IMG/VR virus record: IMGVR_UViG_3300013005_000001
Span: 62,001-126,000 of that record
Direction: 5' to 3' (one strand)
Length of the DNA: 64,000 bases
Shown here in pieces: positions 27,276 to 36,478 of the stretch. The notes beneath the pieces are model-generated. The model searched no databases. It saw nothing but the letters and a program-made list of their open reading frames with translations, and was not told where the DNA came from. The position numbers were made by a program, and so were the translations under genes. The first letter of the stretch is position 1; every line of letters begins with the position of its first letter.

Positions 27276-27533
27276 TTAATAATCTTCTTCTTCGCCAAAT
27301 ACTTGTTTCCAACAAGCTGGATGAGTTCCAGAGATCATCCATTCTCTAATATCTTTATCAAGATTAGGGAATACGTCTTGGATGTAAAGTCCACGAACTT
27401 TCCATTTGTTGTATTGTTCTTTGGTCATTAAAAAGAATGTTTCACCTTCACAGTGAATACATTCTGTATGAACATTGTCTGGACAATAAGCGTTTTCATC
27501 TCCTGCAACACGATAATAAATAACGTTAGTCAT
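27276..27533 (-). CDS. small zinc-binding phage protein
   Basis: CIHC...IQDVFP...RE.MISGTHP.CW. Confidence 0.65.
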   Translation of the reverse strand: MTNVIYYRVAGDENAYCPDNVHTECIHCEGETFFLMTKEQYNKWKVRGLYIQDVFPNLDKDIREWMISGTHPACWKQVFGEEEDY

Positions 27534-27690
27534 AGGTTTTCCTCTTCGGTATAATACCAATTTTTTGTAGGAGCATAAACAATTTTAGAAGCAATATAAA
27601 AAATAAATATTGCAAGCAATTGAATAAATAAAGATTGAGTTAATCCTATATAGATTAACCAAATGTAGGTAAACATAAGATTTAGCATAG

Positions 27691-27764
27691 TGGGCCCTCT
27701 GGGGCTCGAACCCAGGACACACGGATTATGAGTCCGATGCTCTAACCGACTGAGCTAAGGGCCC
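27691..27764 (-). tRNA. tRNA-Ile2/Met(CAT)
   Basis: GGGCCCT acceptor, CT-CAT-AA loop, canonical arms. Confidence 0.9.
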
Positions 27765-28054
27765 GTAGAACAGTTGTGACCATCTGGTCTGGGGGGCAGA
27801 TGAATTGGTATATTCACTTTGTGGACGGGCCAGTCGTAAACGAGTGGGACTCCGTAACAATGGGGACTGTTAACTCCCAAAATCAATATGATTGCATGTC
27901 ACTGCATAACATTAATCAGATAAAACAGGAACTAATAAACTAAAAGTAGAAAAAGATATTTTATAGTTATTAATATATTTATCTACAGATTTTTGTTCTT
28001 CTAATTCCCGTTCCAATTGATCAAGATCATGTTGTTCGATTGAACCTGAGCACA

Positions 28055-28255
28055 TTACAGTTTACCTGCTCCAGGAATATACATTTTAATCTGAGCTGAT
28101 TCAAACATAACTGAAGGTTGATCTTCTTTTTCGTATTCATAACCGATTTCGAAGCGTTCGTTTATTTCTTCTTGAAGTAATTGAACTGCATCTGCGTCGT
28201 CTTGGAATTCGCCAGGAATATCGGCGTGAATTTCAACGTTAATTTTAACTTTCAT
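28055..28255 (-). CDS. hypothetical acidic protein
   Basis: ORF track. Confidence 0.55.
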   Translation of the reverse strand: MKVKINVEIHADIPGEFQDDADAVQLLQEEINERFEIGYEYEKEDQPSVMFESAQIKMYIPGAGKL

Positions 28256-28408
28256 GAGTAGGTGTAGCCTCTTCTGTGAGTAGTAGGTATAAACGAATGT
28301 CTAATAACAAGTCTGTCATTTCAGATGACGAGACAAGCTGTTGGCCAGAAATGTCTCCAATGGCTTTGTCGACCATTTGGATTGCATTAGTTTTTGGATT
28401 AATAGTCA

Positions 28409-28687
28409 TTACGCTTTCCCTCCACGTTTTTTGTATATAGTAACTGCTTTTTCTAAGGTGGTGCAGTAATCACCATTTGATGCTTCAAAACCTTGAGGTC
28501 TTGCTGTTACGCTCCATACTACGTATGGATGAAGTTCATTTTCTCCAGAACAGATAGTTATCCAATAGGCATAACTATCTCCAGGAATTCTGTTTGCCAT
28601 TTTAGTAGAAGCAATGACCATACGGTTAGTGGTGCCAACTAAGTCACCAATACGTAGTTCATTGTCTAGGTTTAATTCATTTGTCAT
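28409..28687 (-). CDS. phage hypothetical protein
   Basis: Start reassigned downstream of tRNA-Lys; HPYVVW...GDYC pattern. Confidence 0.6.
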   Translation of the reverse strand: MTNELNLDNELRIGDLVGTTNRMVIASTKMANRIPGDSYAYWITICSGENELHPYVVWSVTARPQGFEASNGDYCTTLEKAVTIYKKRGGKA

Positions 28688-28689
28688 AG

Positions 28690-28762
28690 TACGCCCTCCG
28701 GGGCTCGAACCCGGGACACACGGATTAAAAGTCCGATGCTCTACCAACTGAGCTAAAGGCGC
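28690..28762 (-). tRNA. tRNA-Lys(TTT)
   Basis: Canonical cloverleaf, CT-TTT-AA loop. Confidence 0.92.
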
Positions 28763-29115
28763 GTATTGCTATCTATTAGCTTGCCACCATCGATCTTCTA
28801 GATCTTGGTCGGGTAAATTTGATTTTTGAGAATGCTTGCGAGCAGACTCAACCATTTCCTTAATTTCTTTATCTTCTTCACGAATAGCAATAAAAGTAAA
28901 GATGCCCCATAAAGTGCCCAGTGCAATGATTACATAAGTTAACATTAGAAGTATCTTTTCTTTATAAATTCAAAAATATAGACAACAAAAAAAGCAATCA
29001 ATATATTATAAATAATCATTTTAAATCCTTCTGAGTTAAAGATCAGTATTTTCTAAAATCCAGATAGCAGAACCAATAATAGAATAAAATATCACTAAAG
29101 TTATTAATACTTTAA

Positions 29116-29334
29116 TCATTGAGGATAGATATCGTCAATAGTAGTAGGTTCAATTATTTCTACTTGTTGTAGAATTTTCTTGAACTTCTTACGTTTTTTA
29201 ATCTTGTATCCGTTAATTTCAAGTTCTGAAACTATTTGTTCCGGTATACCATACCAAACAGTAATGCCATTACGAGTTAATACATGAGCTATAATGTCCA
29301 GTTTATTTTTAACGTGCATTTTAACGTATGTCAT
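29116..29334 (-). CDS. hypothetical basic protein
   Basis: ORF track. Confidence 0.5.
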   Translation of the reverse strand: MTYVKMHVKNKLDIIAHVLTRNGITVWYGIPEQIVSELEINGYKIKKRKKFKKILQQVEIIEPTTIDDIYPQ

Positions 29335-29343
29335 TGATCGGAC

Positions 29344-29544
29344 CTATACTGTGCGAACGTTGATTGCTTCAGGACCTTTACGTCCTTCGCCAATATCGAA
29401 TTGAACATTCTGGCCTGTAGTCAATGCAGGTTGAGCAGCTTGTTCAACATTTGAAGTATGAACAAAGATGTCTCCATCTGTGTCTGTAGAAATAAAGCCA
29501 AAGCCTTTTTCTTCATTGAAAAATTTTACAATACCTGTAGGCAT
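29344..29544 (-). CDS. cspA: cold-shock protein
   Basis: GIVKFFNEEKGFGFI (RNP1), DIFVHTS (RNP2), GRKGPEA. Confidence 0.95.
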   Translation of the reverse strand: MPTGIVKFFNEEKGFGFISTDTDGDIFVHTSNVEQAAQPALTTGQNVQFDIGEGRKGPEAINVRTV

Positions 29545-29600
29545 TAGTACTCATTTCTATTATATTATTTGTTTTATTGATTCCATAATAAATTATGGTT

Positions 29601-29888
29601 TCATATTCCATCTTTGTTGATAGTTCTTCTAGGCTTTCTTTTAGCATTACCATAAGGTAAATAGCCAAGAGATACACGTTGTTCTTCTGTTTCGCCACCC
29701 CATATGCCATATTCAAGATTGTTGCGAGCATAAGCTCTACATTGAGTGACTACTGGACATTGGGCGCAAATAGTTAAAGCTTTTGCTTCTCGTTTTACTC
29801 TAGCTTGAGGGCGTTCGTTATAAAGCGGAAAGAATAAATCAGTTTGATTTTTACATGCCGCTGCATCGAACCATGAAGGGTGATACAT
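29601..29888 (-). CDS. whiB: WhiB-family Fe-S transcriptional regulator
   Basis: AAC...LFFP...ICAQCPV...C...GIWGG. Confidence 0.93.
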   Translation of the reverse strand: MYHPSWFDAAACKNQTDLFFPLYNERPQARVKREAKALTICAQCPVVTQCRAYARNNLEYGIWGGETEEQRVSLGYLPYGNAKRKPRRTINKDGI

Positions 29889-29931
29889 TTAAATCCTTAA
29901 AAGATACTAATTTGATATAAAGGTTACTTAA

Positions 29932-30222
29932 TTAAAGTGGCCAATGTTTTGAATCTGCCTTAGGATCTAAAGCAGGAATTATATTACATGATATATTAAA
30001 TTTTTCTTGAGTTGATTCAACCCAAGCTTTTGCCTGCTCCAATGTAGGAAAGGGTCCCCATGATACCACATGGGTATAGCCATGATACTGAGCAAAGTAA
30101 CTATACTTGGGAATATCTTCTGTTGTTAAAACAGAATTGTACCAATCAATTTTAGACATATTAACATCTATATCTTCTAACATAGATATAGTTTTAAGGG
30201 TATTCTTAATTTTTTTAAACAT
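29932..30222 (-). CDS. hypothetical protein
   Basis: ORF track. Confidence 0.55.
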   Translation of the reverse strand: MFKKIKNTLKTISMLEDIDVNMSKIDWYNSVLTTEDIPKYSYFAQYHGYTHVVSWGPFPTLEQAKAWVESTQEKFNISCNIIPALDPKADSKHWPL

Positions 30223-30225
30223 GTC

Positions 30226-30534
30226 TTAGTCCTGACCGAAGTTAACGTGAACGACATTAGTGGTGTCAGTAGATTTAGGATTGTACATAAGTACTTTGGC
30301 TAAAGCCTGAGAATAATTTTTAAATGCTGGGTGATTAATTTTCTCTTCAGGAATTTCATCTCCGTATTCTGCGCGATGGATATAAAGAACACGTCCATCT
30401 TCAAAGTGGAAATCTAAACGATATCCAGAATCAGCAGTAAAAGCTTCTAAAGCATGTTCAATATTTAAATGATCAGCAGTTAAGCCGTCATTTGAACGAG
30501 TTGAGTAAGTAATAAACATTATAGGTACTTCCAT
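30226..30534 (-). CDS. hypothetical protein
   Basis: ORF track. Confidence 0.6.
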   Translation of the reverse strand: MEVPIMFITYSTRSNDGLTADHLNIEHALEAFTADSGYRLDFHFEDGRVLYIHRAEYGDEIPEEKINHPAFKNYSQALAKVLMYNPKSTDTTNVVHVNFGQD

Positions 30535-30731
30535 TTATCAATTCCAGGGATAAGGCCTAATGTAGAACCAGTATCCCAATTTACAAAAACTGTACCATTA
30601 TCATCTACATAGTTGATAACACCCTGAATACCAGGGGTTAAAGCTGTAAATTCATCTGTACAGAGAATCAATTCGATTCTTTTTCCGATAAGAGTTTTGC
30701 CATAATTGGCATACAGTGGATTTTTTTTCAT
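30519..30731 (-). CDS. DUF4314-like small beta protein
   Basis: G.RIELI..TD....PG..G.I.YVDD.G..FV.WD.GS.LGLI. Confidence 0.7.
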   Translation of the reverse strand: MKKNPLYANYGKTLIGKRIELILCTDEFTALTPGIQGVINYVDDNGTVFVNWDTGSTLGLIPGIDKWKYL

Positions 30732-30733
30732 AG

Positions 30734-30806
30734 CTCCCAGAGTAGGGCTCGAACCTACGACCAACGGATTAACAGTCCGTAGCTCTGCCAACTGAGCTAT
30801 CTGGGA
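30734..30806 (-). tRNA. tRNA-Asn(GTT)
   Basis: TCCCAGA acceptor, CT-GTT-AA loop. Confidence 0.93.
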
Positions 30807-30813
30807 TAAATTT

Positions 30814-31074
30814 TTAAATTATTACTTCAGTTGAAGGATCATAATTTTGCAACTGAGGATTATCAAGAAGTTGAATAGCAAATAACGGAGTAACGTCGTG
30901 ACTATCAAAATCTGTTTCAGTGTTGGCAAATGACAAAGTCAAATTAGATTCATGAAGAGATAATAAAAGCTCTCTAAGGTCAAGACCTATAGGTCTAAGA
31001 TTATCAATTAAGCGATGAGCTAAAAGAATAAGATCTTGTGCTTCTTGACGGGTTGGTTGTAATTTGGTTTTCAT
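30814..31074 (-). CDS. hypothetical protein
   Basis: ORF track with RBS. Confidence 0.55.
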   Translation of the reverse strand: MKTKLQPTRQEAQDLILLAHRLIDNLRPIGLDLRELLLSLHESNLTLSFANTETDFDSHDVTPLFAIQLLDNPQLQNYDPSTEVII

Positions 31075-31095
31075 ATTTTTCCTTTATTGTAGTTG

Positions 31096-31320
31096 CTACC
31101 ATGTAAACATGAATAACAAAGTAGTAAAAATTAAAACAATAAGAGCTAATATTTCATTTCTATATTGCATATACTTACGGGCATATTTTATACCGTTACG
31201 ATATATAGGGCTTAATTTGTTATCACCAAAATAAGTAAAAAAATGTTTATCTTCTATTGTTTTGTAGTGTTTGACTCCATAATCAAAACCACAAAAAAAA
31301 GTCTTAATGTTTTGCCACAT
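31096..31320 (-). CDS. small protein with C-terminal TM helix
   Basis: ILALIVLIFTTLLFMF. Confidence 0.55.
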   Translation of the reverse strand: MWQNIKTFFCGFDYGVKHYKTIEDKHFFTYFGDNKLSPIYRNGIKYARKYMQYRNEILALIVLIFTTLLFMFTW

Positions 31321-31368
31321 GTTTATTTCCTTGTAAGTATTGTTGCATTGTTTAATATAAACATACAG

Positions 31369-31452
31369 TACCCGAGACCGGACTTGAACCGGTAAGAGGT
31401 TGCCCTCCGGGGGGTTTAAGCCCCCTGCGTCTGCCTATTCCGCCACTCGGGC
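31369..31452 (-). tRNA. tRNA-Leu(TAA)
   Basis: GCCCGAG acceptor, GGCAGACG D arm, long variable arm, CT-TAA-AC loop. Confidence 0.93.
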
Positions 31453-31598
31453 TAGTGATAAATTAGCTATCTTGAGTTTTTCCAATGATAGCATTTTTAA
31501 GGCAGGTTATACAGAGTAGTTTATTTAAAAGAACAGATTTGTTAACATCATTGGAAGTAACTCCACAAGATGAACATTTCTTTTTAGAAGTAAAATTT

Positions 31599-31877
31599 CT
31601 ATTTAATGAATTGTTCTGAGGGTTCTTCATTTTTTAGATAATCTTGATATTCATCATTTTCTTGTTCTGTCATACCAGGATTAGTAAGGATATAATGCAT
31701 TCCAGCAAAGTACCCTGAAATATGTTCTATTTCAGGTTTGCTAATTTTTGCATCACCATACTCTACATAAGTAGCGTGTTCTCCGAGCATATTTTCAACT
31801 AACTTAATAATTTTAATAGTTGTAGTAAGATTAGATAAATCTTCGGGAGAAGACGTTATCATCATTGCCATTGTCAT
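31599..31877 (-). CDS. hypothetical protein
   Basis: ORF track with RBS. Confidence 0.55.
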   Translation of the reverse strand: MTMAMMITSSPEDLSNLTTTIKIIKLVENMLGEHATYVEYGDAKISKPEIEHISGYFAGMHYILTNPGMTEQENDEYQDYLKNEEPSEQFIK

Positions 31878-31916
31878 AATATCTTCCTTTCTTGGGTAAG
31901 ATTGTTATTATTTTTA

Positions 31917-32267
31917 TTATCTATAAAATATATTTAATATAGAATCAATTACTTGTTGAGACACAGATTGTGAATCATCGCCTACAATTAAAGCATCACC
32001 ATAAATTGTAGAGTTTTGATATATATTAGTATATGTTCTATAGAGAACGGTTGCATCATGATTAACTTTAGAATAAACTCCAAAGTCATTATATGATAAA
32101 ATCATATGTACTTGATCAGTAATCTTTATTTTGTATGTGGATTGATTATCGAAAACGTAATCGATAACTTTATCGTATTCTTCTAAGAGAATACATGCAC
32201 GTCCCTCATAAGGAACGAACAAAGTTTCAATTTTATTTTCAAGATCAATTTGTTTTAAAAGAGTCAA
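31917..32267 (-). CDS. DUF3846-like hypothetical protein
   Basis: VNHDAT.L....IYGDALIVG. Confidence 0.5.
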   Translation of the reverse strand: MTLLKQIDLENKIETLFVPYEGRACILLEEYDKVIDYVFDNQSTYKIKITDQVHMILSYNDFGVYSKVNHDATVLYRTYTNIYQNSTIYGDALIVGDDSQSVSQQVIDSILNIFYR

Positions 32268-32268
32268 A

Positions 32269-33795
32269 TTATTTTCCTTTAGATTTAATACTTAAAGAAG
32301 AACTTTTGTTTTTAGGATATATGTTTTGATTAGAAGTGTAAGATGATGTAGAACCATCATAAGATACGGATCTCATAGCACAGTATGAAATATTCTTAGC
32401 TGGAACTTTTAATCTATAAACGTTCCATCCATAAGAAGCGCTACGAGGAATCATATATTCAGTAGATCCATTGCACTTTAATGTATAATAAGAAACATTT
32501 TTAAAGTTTACATATGGATCTCTATAATAAATTTGAACATAGGTTTTAAATTTACCATCAACTTCATGTAAGTTGGGTGTAGATACTCGTCTAGGTGTAG
32601 TTCCAGGAATTGTTGTAGTGACTACAGGAAGTGTAGTGGTAGTAACAATTGGGACTACAGTAGTGGTAGTAACAGGTGCTGGAACAGTAGTTGAAACAAC
32701 TGGAACTGTAGTAGTTGTAACTATTACAGGAACAGTAGTAGTGGTTAGTGGAAGTGTTGTACTGGTTGTAGTAGTAGGAGTATCTGTTGCAAATATATGA
32801 GCAAAGTCTAAACGAGGAATTGTTATGCGAGCATAAGAATCATAAGCAGTTTTAGTTGTAGATTTAAAATCAGAAACAACTTTAGAAACAGATTGAATTC
32901 CAAACTTAGATCTGTAAACAGCAAATGCTCCAACTACAAATGGTGTTGCCATTGAAGTTCCAGAAGCTGTTCCATAAGTAGATCCAGTTTTTGAAGAGTT
33001 AATAGCATAACCTGGAGCAGCTATTGTAGTGTACTTGCTAATATTTGAAAAATTAGTGATAGTACTTGTACCAGTATACATGGCAGCTACAGAGACTGAG
33101 GAAGAAATGCATGCAGGAGCACTCATTCCGTGAGAATAGTTATTACCAGCAGCAATTACTGTAGCTATGTTCTTAGCTCTAAGATTTTCAATAGCTTTTG
33201 TCATTGATGGAATATAATCGTCACAGGTAGTTAGATATGTAATGTTTCCACCAAGAGACATATTAATTGCAGCAATATTATAAGTATCTGAAATTGATAA
33301 AACCCAATTTAAAGCACGAGTAATATCATCATCGTATGCTGCTCCGGTAGCGTCAAATACATTGATAGCAATGATATTAGCTTCAGGGGCTACGCCATAA
33401 AAAGAAGAATTGTATCCGGCTGCAATTCCGGCAACATGAGTTCCATGCCAGTGAATTGGCTTAGCTGCTCCTGAGCCGATCTGTTGATTCTTGCCATTAG
33501 GACATACAGCAGCAAAACAGGCTTCTAAAGCAACTCTGTTTTGAAAGAAGGGATGAGACACTTCTACACCAGTATCTATGATAACAGTATAGACTCCTTG
33601 ACCACGATACTGTGATTCAAAAGGAATGTTACCAGAGATAAAAGGTATTGAAGTGTTTAATGCATATTTGAATTTAACACGAGAAGTTGCAGGAGCAACA
33701 TCGTATGTATTGTATTGGGCTTTTGCTGGACTGTATATGAATATACTAGAAATTAAAGCAGCAGAAAGCACGAGGTGCTTGAGCTTAAAGGACAT
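32269..33795 (-). CDS. secreted S8 subtilisin-family serine protease with Thr/Val/Pro-rich linker
   Basis: Signal peptide; triad IDTG, HGTHVAG, GTSMATP; INMSLG, AAGN. Confidence 0.93.
   Translation of the reverse strand: MSFKLKHLVLSAALISSIFIYSPAKAQYNTYDVAPATSRVKFKYALNTSIPFISGNIPFESQYRGQGVYTVIIDTGVEVSHPFFQNRVALEACFAAVCPNGKNQQIGSGAAKPIHWHGTHVAGIAAGYNSSFYGVAPEANIIAINVFDATGAAYDDDITRALNWVLSISDTYNIAAINMSLGGNITYLTTCDDYIPSMTKAIENLRAKNIATVIAAGNNYSHGMSAPACISSSVSVAAMYTGTSTITNFSNISKYTTIAAPGYAINSSKTGSTYGTASGTSMATPFVVGAFAVYRSKFGIQSVSKVVSDFKSTTKTAYDSYARITIPRLDFAHIFATDTPTTTTSTTLPLTTTTVPVIVTTTTVPVVSTTVPAPVTTTTVVPIVTTTTLPVVTTTIPGTTPRRVSTPNLHEVDGKFKTYVQIYYRDPYVNFKNVSYYTLKCNGSTEYMIPRSASYGWNVYRLKVPAKNISYCAMRSVSYDGSTSSYTSNQNIYPKNKSSSLSIKSKGK
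32590..32780 (-). repeat. in-frame TTTxP repeats (protease stalk)
   Basis: About seven imperfect (V)xTTTVP units. Confidence 0.75.
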
Positions 33796-33869
33796 GATTT
33801 TTCCGTTTCATATAATATATATAAATAGATAATAATTAATAAATATTTTTTTTTTGTATTTACTAAATA

Positions 33870-35543
33870 TTAAAAGTTTTTTTTATTAGATATTTTGTTT
33901 TGTAGCCATTTAGGCTTAGGATTATTTTCGTAATAACGAGATATGATTTGACTGGCCATTCCCTTGGTCATATCAGAAGTAATAGGAACGCCTATACGCT
34001 TTAAAAGCTTTTGCTGAGAATCGGTTGGAGCATCTGCTCTCCATGTAGCTGATGAATCAAGCAAGGAAACAGATGATGCTCTATTAGATTGTATCCATCT
34101 ATCTGAACGAGCAAATGCTTCACGCATATCAGGAGTGATACCTAAAACTCTAGTAGATTTTTGGTGATTGTCATGTATGGTAACATTCCAACGACCAAGA
34201 GTATCACATTTAATGCGCATAGATTCAGTATTATTTAATCCAAGATGGAATTCATCTTCTGCTATCTCAGCCCAAACTAGCTTAGAATACTCTAATACTA
34301 CAGGGTTTGGTGGAGGTGGCATAAATAAATTAATACGAGTATATGCTACATCGATGTCATCTGGATTGAGAACACGAACGGCTTCACCTGGACAATAAGA
34401 TTCAAGTTCTTTAAACTTGTTAGCAACGTCTGTTAGAGACTGACCTTGTAAATCGAAGTCTGGTGGCATTCCCAATAGAGTAGGAAGGCCAATAGGCTTT
34501 TTGCCTTTAGTAGTATCAGAGATGTCTATAATTATACAATTTTCTTTACCTTCAAATAAACGAGTTCCTCGTCCAACTATTTGGGTATAGAGAAGTGTAC
34601 TTCGTGTTGGTTTGGCCAATATGATGGCTTCTAACGATGGCTCGTCAAAGCCTTCAGTCAAAACGCCAACATTTACAATAACGGAAATCTGGCCACTTGC
34701 AAACTGAGCAAGGATTTTTTCTCGTTCTTCTCGTGGGGTTGAACCCACGATTACTGCTGTTTCTACCGACGCTTGTCTAAAGGATAAGGCCAGGTTTTCG
34801 GCGTGTCTGACGCCGGATGCGAATACAAGGGCTTTTTTAGCCATTGCCAAATTGCGATAGGCAGCGACAACATGAGCATTACGCTCAGGGTTATCAATTT
34901 TTTCTTCCAATTGCGATTGACTATATTCGCCATTTTGGATCTCCACTTCTGAAATGTCGGTACTTGTTTTTACTCTATATCCAACGAGTGGAGCTAACCA
35001 TCCGTCTTGAATAAGATCTTGTATAGTTCTATAGTAGACTATTTCGTCAAAGACATCAATTAGTCTAGTAGAATCTGATCTTTGAGGTGTAGCTGTAACA
35101 CCCAATAAAAAATCAGGAGAAAAATAATCAATGATTCTTTTATAAGACGGAGCAGCAGCATGATGAGCTTCGTCTATAACAATTGATTTAAAATAATCTT
35201 TAGGATATTCTTCAATACGAGGAGTATTGTTTCTACCTAAAGTAGCAACGCTAGCAACGACTACGTCTACTTTGCCAGCTTTACGATCAGCTTGTTCAAT
35301 CTCTACGGTGAGACTAGGGTTTGATGCTAGGATTTTAGACCTAGCTTGTTCTAATAATTCAGATCTATGAGCCAATACTAACATTGGCAAAGTATCTGGT
35401 TTAATTATAGGAAGCTGTGAAAATATAACAGTTTTTCCTGCACCGGTAGGAAGTACGACTAGTTGTTTAGAAATACCATTATTAGCATTTAAAACAACAG
35501 CGTCGAGAGCTTCTTGTTGATATGGTCGCAGTATGAGAGTCAT
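33870..35543 (-). CDS. SF2 DEAH helicase (Irc3/type III Res-like)
   Basis: LPTGAGKT, DEAHH, TAT, LTEGFD, QIVGRGTR. Confidence 0.93.
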   Translation of the reverse strand: MTLILRPYQQEALDAVVLNANNGISKQLVVLPTGAGKTVIFSQLPIIKPDTLPMLVLAHRSELLEQARSKILASNPSLTVEIEQADRKAGKVDVVVASVATLGRNNTPRIEEYPKDYFKSIVIDEAHHAAAPSYKRIIDYFSPDFLLGVTATPQRSDSTRLIDVFDEIVYYRTIQDLIQDGWLAPLVGYRVKTSTDISEVEIQNGEYSQSQLEEKIDNPERNAHVVAAYRNLAMAKKALVFASGVRHAENLALSFRQASVETAVIVGSTPREEREKILAQFASGQISVIVNVGVLTEGFDEPSLEAIILAKPTRSTLLYTQIVGRGTRLFEGKENCIIIDISDTTKGKKPIGLPTLLGMPPDFDLQGQSLTDVANKFKELESYCPGEAVRVLNPDDIDVAYTRINLFMPPPPNPVVLEYSKLVWAEIAEDEFHLGLNNTESMRIKCDTLGRWNVTIHDNHQKSTRVLGITPDMREAFARSDRWIQSNRASSVSLLDSSATWRADAPTDSQQKLLKRIGVPITSDMTKGMASQIISRYYENNPKPKWLQNKISNKKNF

Positions 35544-35734
35544 ATTTTAAAATCCAAACAGGTCACATTCTCCGAAGAATGGTTCGAAGGTAAATTTATC
35601 TTCTAGTTCTTTGTAATCAAACAATTCTAGTTTACCACAGACAAGAGTGTCTGCGTCTTTAATACATACTAAAGATTCAGTAAAATGAAAATGTTCTTTA
35701 TCTAGAACATTAATAGGTGGTTTCATATTTTTCC

Positions 35735-36391
35735 TTAAGCTAAAAACGAAGCAGGTCGTTTTTGTAGATTTTCTTTGTTAACAATTTCATATATCATGTC
35801 ATTGTCATCGAAATAAGCAAGAACATCGTCAATGTGAAAAGGACCAGTATTTTCTACGTGAGAGAAAATATAAAAAAGTTCTAACATATCGCCAGCAGCA
35901 GCAGCAGCAGCTTCGTCTTCTTTGATAACAGATATCATATGAGATTGATCATAATCAAATATTACTTCATTGGCATCTTCAATTTTATATGGAAGAGTAT
36001 ATATAAAGCAAAAATCAGGAGATACAAAAGTCATATTCATAGCATCTTGTTTAGAATTATCATCTTCAGGATCTCTTATTACAGTATCTGTAATAACAAT
36101 AAATAATTCAGAACGAATAGATACAGGAAGAAATAATATTTCACAAAGAGATTGATATAGATCTTCTTTACCAGAAACTGGTCGAGAAGTAACAATTGCT
36201 GAAAGTTCTTTGTCGCAATTAAATACTACAACAGTAGCAGAAAATGTATTTGGACCATTTGCTTTAATTACTTGAGCAAAAAATTTAGTAGATTTAGTTA
36301 CTTGAGCCCAAGCATCAGAAAGAATAGGGGAAGTCTTTTCATTAAAGTCTTCTGGGTTAGTGAATTTAAAGTTATTGTCTTTATCAGACAT
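35735..36391 (-). CDS. hypothetical protein
   Basis: GGAG RBS, 218 aa. Confidence 0.7.
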   Translation of the reverse strand: MSDKDNNFKFTNPEDFNEKTSPILSDAWAQVTKSTKFFAQVIKANGPNTFSATVVVFNCDKELSAIVTSRPVSGKEDLYQSLCEILFLPVSIRSELFIVITDTVIRDPEDDNSKQDAMNMTFVSPDFCFIYTLPYKIEDANEVIFDYDQSHMISVIKEDEAAAAAAGDMLELFYIFSHVENTGPFHIDDVLAYFDDNDMIYEIVNKENLQKRPASFLA

Positions 36392-36478
36392 AAGGTCTCC
36401 AATTTAAAATATTAAACTAAAATACAAAAGAAGAGTCTGGGGATATTGCTATCCCCAGACACTCCAATTTTATATTTA

